A stretch of 63,813 bases of DNA, counting the filler, from Guillardia theta CCMP2712 (Eukaryota; Protista; Cryptophyta), in assembly GCF_000315625.1 (NCBI RefSeq). It is 4 parts of 4 records of this genome, joined end to end, with 100 filler letters (N's around TTAATTAATTAA, not from the genome) between each part and the next. Parts side by side here need not be neighbours in the genome. Positions count along the whole stretch, not along the records: positions 49,114 to 63,813 come from NW_005434317.1; 3 more parts are not named here. One strand, 5' to 3'. The position numbers and the translations under genes were made by a program. Within the stretch, counting starts at the first letter, position 1, and each line of letters opens with the position of its first letter. Below the pieces are notes generated by a model. That model was given only the letters and a program-made list of their open reading frames with translations. It did no database searches and had not been told where the DNA came from. This document shows positions 62,157 through 63,813 of the stretch, piece by piece.

Positions 62157-63813
62157 TGTAAGAACTCGGATAAGTTCTTGGAGACGGCGAGAAGTTCAGG
62201 GTATTGCGTCTCATCCGTGGACGAAGCTCAGCGAGATGGAAGTGGGTTTCGACATAGGTCTGGAATTAAGGAATCGACGAGCCTGAGGGTCAGGCGGAGA
62301 AGAGGGGGTTAGGAGGACACGTGTCCACTGCGCGCTGTGCAATGTACTGGGTTGCAAGGGACTGAAGGGAAGGTGACTGCTGTGAATAAAGGAAGTGTTG
62401 GTGGTGTTGTGTGGTTCTTCTGAGAGTTCTATCACCATCAGTGAAGGTGTTAGAGACTGCACAGCTGTGTATCGTTGAGGTGAATAAGGTTGGTGTAAGG
62501 ATCTCAGGTGTACTGAGAATTAGTCTTTGGTGGATCTTGGGTTAAATAGATTCTGGCCAGTGAGGTGGAGGTTGATTCGATTACAAAGAGAAAATTTTCT
62601 CTTTGTTCTCAGTTCTCATTTTTTACTGTTGTTGCGCAACTGTGATTTACCGTACGGTCTGAACTGGAACAAAGAGTAAGTTCGGTTCATTGTTGCTATT
62701 TGAGTCGGTGATTCGATTGTTTGGAATCGTTGTTTGGAAGTTGGACTCGATTTTTTGCATTTTTTTCGCTTGTGCTAGGAAGTTGCCAGTTTGGAAGGTC
62801 ACTGTTTGAGTCGGTGATTCGATTGTTTTTTGGACTCGTTGTTTGGAAGTTGGCCTCGATTTTTTTTGCATTTTTTACGCTTGTGCTTGGAAGTTCAGTT
62901 TGGAAGGTCGGAGTCGATTCTTGTGTGGAACGTTGCTACTGATTTTTCGACATTGCTTTTACCATGGGAGGAGGAAAATTGGACCTCAGTGAAGAATTGA
63001 TCAAGACTCATCCTGAGTTACAGATGGACACATTCCTCAAAGGATCGGTGACGTCACAGGAGGAATTGGATGAACTTCTGCTTCCGATTCAGAATGCAAT
63101 GAATCGATATCGGACAGGATTGGGCATGTGTTTGTTCCCGCTGATACGAGAGTTTCCACTCGATCAACTCGGTAATTTTGGTGGTGAGTTTCATACTGTA
63201 TGGGAAAAGAACAAGAGTGTGAATGTGGATGGCGAGTTGACGGAGGAATGGAAAAGGCAGGTCGTTTTGCTTTTCCTGAATGCCAAATTTTGTTGGAGGA
63301 AGAGCGGGCAGATTCGAGATTATGTGGAGCAGTTGCAAAATTTGTCCAAGACGGTGTCGGATCAGTATGGTAGTCCTGTTGATGAAGGGGATTCCGGCAA
63401 TCCAGTGAGTGCTTCTGGCAAGAAGAAAAAGAAGGGGGTAAGCCGAAGGGATTCTGATGGCAAGGAGATGGATGCCGCGATGATTAACGCGTTATATGAA
63501 GACGTTGAATATTTTCTCCTGGAGCTTGGCCAATACTTTCGATCCTATCTGAAGCCATTATTTCCTGTTCCATGGGCTATGTCAGGAGGATTCAAGTCCA
63601 AGTTGGCTCCGATCAAAGCTCTGGCGTATATGATATGGGAAGTCAGAAAGCGCAGTGGGAATCTCAATGCCACTCCGGATAAAACGCGGATGGAGCTTCT
63701 GACGCTGGCAAAGTCGAAATTGCCTGACATATCTACCTTCCACAGCGTTATGGTCCAGATGAAGATCCTGCTTAACAAGTTGACTAAGCCGCTTGGACTA
63801 GGAGCAGAAGACT
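62157..63813 (+). mobile_element. Probable 5' end of an LTR retrotransposon: candidate LTR ~62157-62434 and leader with a ~105-bp direct repeat (~62699-62800 / ~62806-62910)
   Basis: Abrupt composition change at TGTAAGAACTC (62157), an imperfect inverse GAGTTCTATCA ending at 62434, and AATAAA at 62385. An intronless ORF follows. No PBS recognised. Confidence 0.5.
62964..63813 (+). CDS. Intronless ORF (>=283 codons, open at window end), gag-like candidate
   Basis: ATG at 62964 (MGGGKLDLSEELIKTHPELQMDTFLKGSVTSQEELDELLLPIQNAMNRYRTGLG...). No stop before the end of the window, so it is absent from the ORF track. No introns or microsatellites, unlike host genes. Confidence 0.6.
   Translation, partial: MGGGKLDLSEELIKTHPELQMDTFLKGSVTSQEELDELLLPIQNAMNRYRTGLGMCLFPLIREFPLDQLGNFGGEFHTVWEKNKSVNVDGELTEEWKRQVVLLFLNAKFCWRKSGQIRDYVEQLQNLSKTVSDQYGSPVDEGDSGNPVSASGKKKKKGVSRRDSDGKEMDAAMINALYEDVEYFLLELGQYFRSYLKPLFPVPWAMSGGFKSKLAPIKALAYMIWEVRKRSGNLNATPDKTRMELLTLAKSKLPDISTFHSVMVQMKILLNKLTKPLGLGAED

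Overview
Eukaryotic draft-genome window. It is gene-dense, with many short (~45-55 nt) GT-AG introns (some GC-AG), extreme microsatellite content and bipartite targeting leaders. This style best fits a cryptophyte alga nuclear genome (Guillardia/Hanusia-like; inference). Most of the short ORFs in the track are artefacts of microsatellites and GC content. Bases 1-49 kb hold housekeeping genes rebuilt by hand across introns: a VPS13-family lipid-transfer gene (-), a eukaryotic RPL35/uL29 with a signal peptide + transit-like leader ending in LRGG (+), TRAPPC1/Bet5 (+), an MFS sugar porter (+), an intronless RING-H2 gene (-), a multipass membrane protein (-), a TRAPPC9/Trs120-like 3' half (-), a HEAT-repeat gene (-), coiled-coil genes, and the MFAP1 5' part (+). 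This part also contains a 372-bp Tourist/PIF-Harbinger-like MITE with TTA target-site duplications. Bases 50.4-63.8 kb are accessory and the most unusual part. Three near-identical SHAQKYF-class Myb genes sit in a tandemly amplified cassette, interleaved with 49-, 47-, 26- and 79-bp minisatellite arrays. A degenerate P-element/THAP9-like transposase gene preceded by a CX2CX17CX2C (GATA-spaced) zinc-finger exon lies within that array. The window ends in the 5' end of a probable LTR retroelement with a gag-like ORF running off the edge. There are five N-gaps, three of which carry an artificial TTAATTAATTAA linker. Exon boundaries and family calls come from manual reading and remembered motifs, not database searches.
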